The position numbers were made by a program, and so were the translations under genes. This document shows, one piece after another, positions 31,941 through 32,000 of a DNA stretch of 32,000 nt. The DNA lies in the NCBI RefSeq assembly GCF_000179635.2, contig NC_014824.1:210001-242000 (forward strand). Reading direction: 5' to 3'. Origin of the DNA: Ruminococcus albus 7 = DSM 20455 (GTDB lineage Bacteria > Bacillota > Clostridia > Oscillospirales > Ruminococcaceae). The notes below the pieces were generated by a model. That model saw only the letters and a program-made list of their open reading frames with translations. It was not told the origin of the DNA and did no database searches. Position 1 is the first letter of the stretch; every line of letters begins with the position of its first letter.

Positions 31941-31958
31941 TGTGTCACGCGTGACACA
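31941..31958. repeat. palindrome family, copy 12 (perfect)
   Basis: TGTGTCACGCGTGACACA lies directly after the terminator T-run. Confidence 0.95.
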
Positions 31959-31968
31959 CTTAGATCAG

Positions 31969-32000
31969 GTGGATTACGTCCGTTAATTAGAGTGGATTTT
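31969..32000 (+). repeat. iteron-like pair, cut by the window end
   Basis: GTGGATTACGTCCGTTAATT is followed by GTGGATTTT.... The spacing and sequence match the pairs in the 285-bp units. Confidence 0.75.

Noticed and set aside
4713-31958. Integron attC sites or gene cassettes as the explanation for the palindromes
   Set aside because: The sites are perfect symmetric palindromes, without the imperfect R/L box structure or extrahelical bases of attC. The units lie in both orientations and carry their own promoters. No integron integrase is present in the window.
1-32000. Prophage interpretation of the whole window
   Set aside because: No integrase, terminase, portal, capsid, tail or lysis genes are recognisable. 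The content (TA, immunity-like genes, adhesin, IS remnant) fits an accessory island or plasmid-like region better. A large phage or plasmid replicon cannot be excluded from 32 kb alone.

Overview
This is a low-GC, Firmicutes/Clostridia-like accessory region. Hand counts of single 60-nt lines give about 30-37% G+C. I support about 27 protein genes. Most are small units of unknown function, each with its own sigma-A-type promoter and hairpin terminator. Recognisable genes are a YhaM-like OB/HD nuclease, a membrane-anchored MutS-related ATPase, a HipBA toxin-antitoxin pair, an AAA ATPase, an IS1595-like transposase remnant, an ankyrin-repeat protein, a SUKH (SMI1/KNR4) protein, a CoiA-like protein, a NYN-domain protein, a lipoprotein, a large Cna-B-repeat surface adhesin and a DHH/DHHA1 phosphoesterase. 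I saw no rRNA, tRNA, cas genes, integrase or phage structural genes. Five signals are not explained by ordinary annotation. (1) An 18-bp perfect palindrome, TGTGTCACGCGTGACACA, occurs 12 times (8 perfect 18-mers, 4 near-perfect). Every copy is intergenic and sits at transcription-unit boundaries, and its half-site resembles parS. (2) Three tandem 285-bp noncoding units (27698-28570) are each bounded by that palindrome and each carries a pair of 22-bp-phased iteron-like repeats. They lie directly upstream of a three-gene operon, and a further copy starts at the window end. (3) Two tandem noncoding cassettes (4713-5636) are each driven by a near-consensus promoter and show structure-preserving differences between copies, so they are candidate structured RNAs. 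(4) A c-di-GMP-I (GEMM-I) riboswitch with an intrinsic terminator precedes an operon of two unknown proteins. (5) A clearly GC-richer foreign gene (5680-7230) carries host-type expression signals. All family assignments come from motif recognition by eye; no searches were run.
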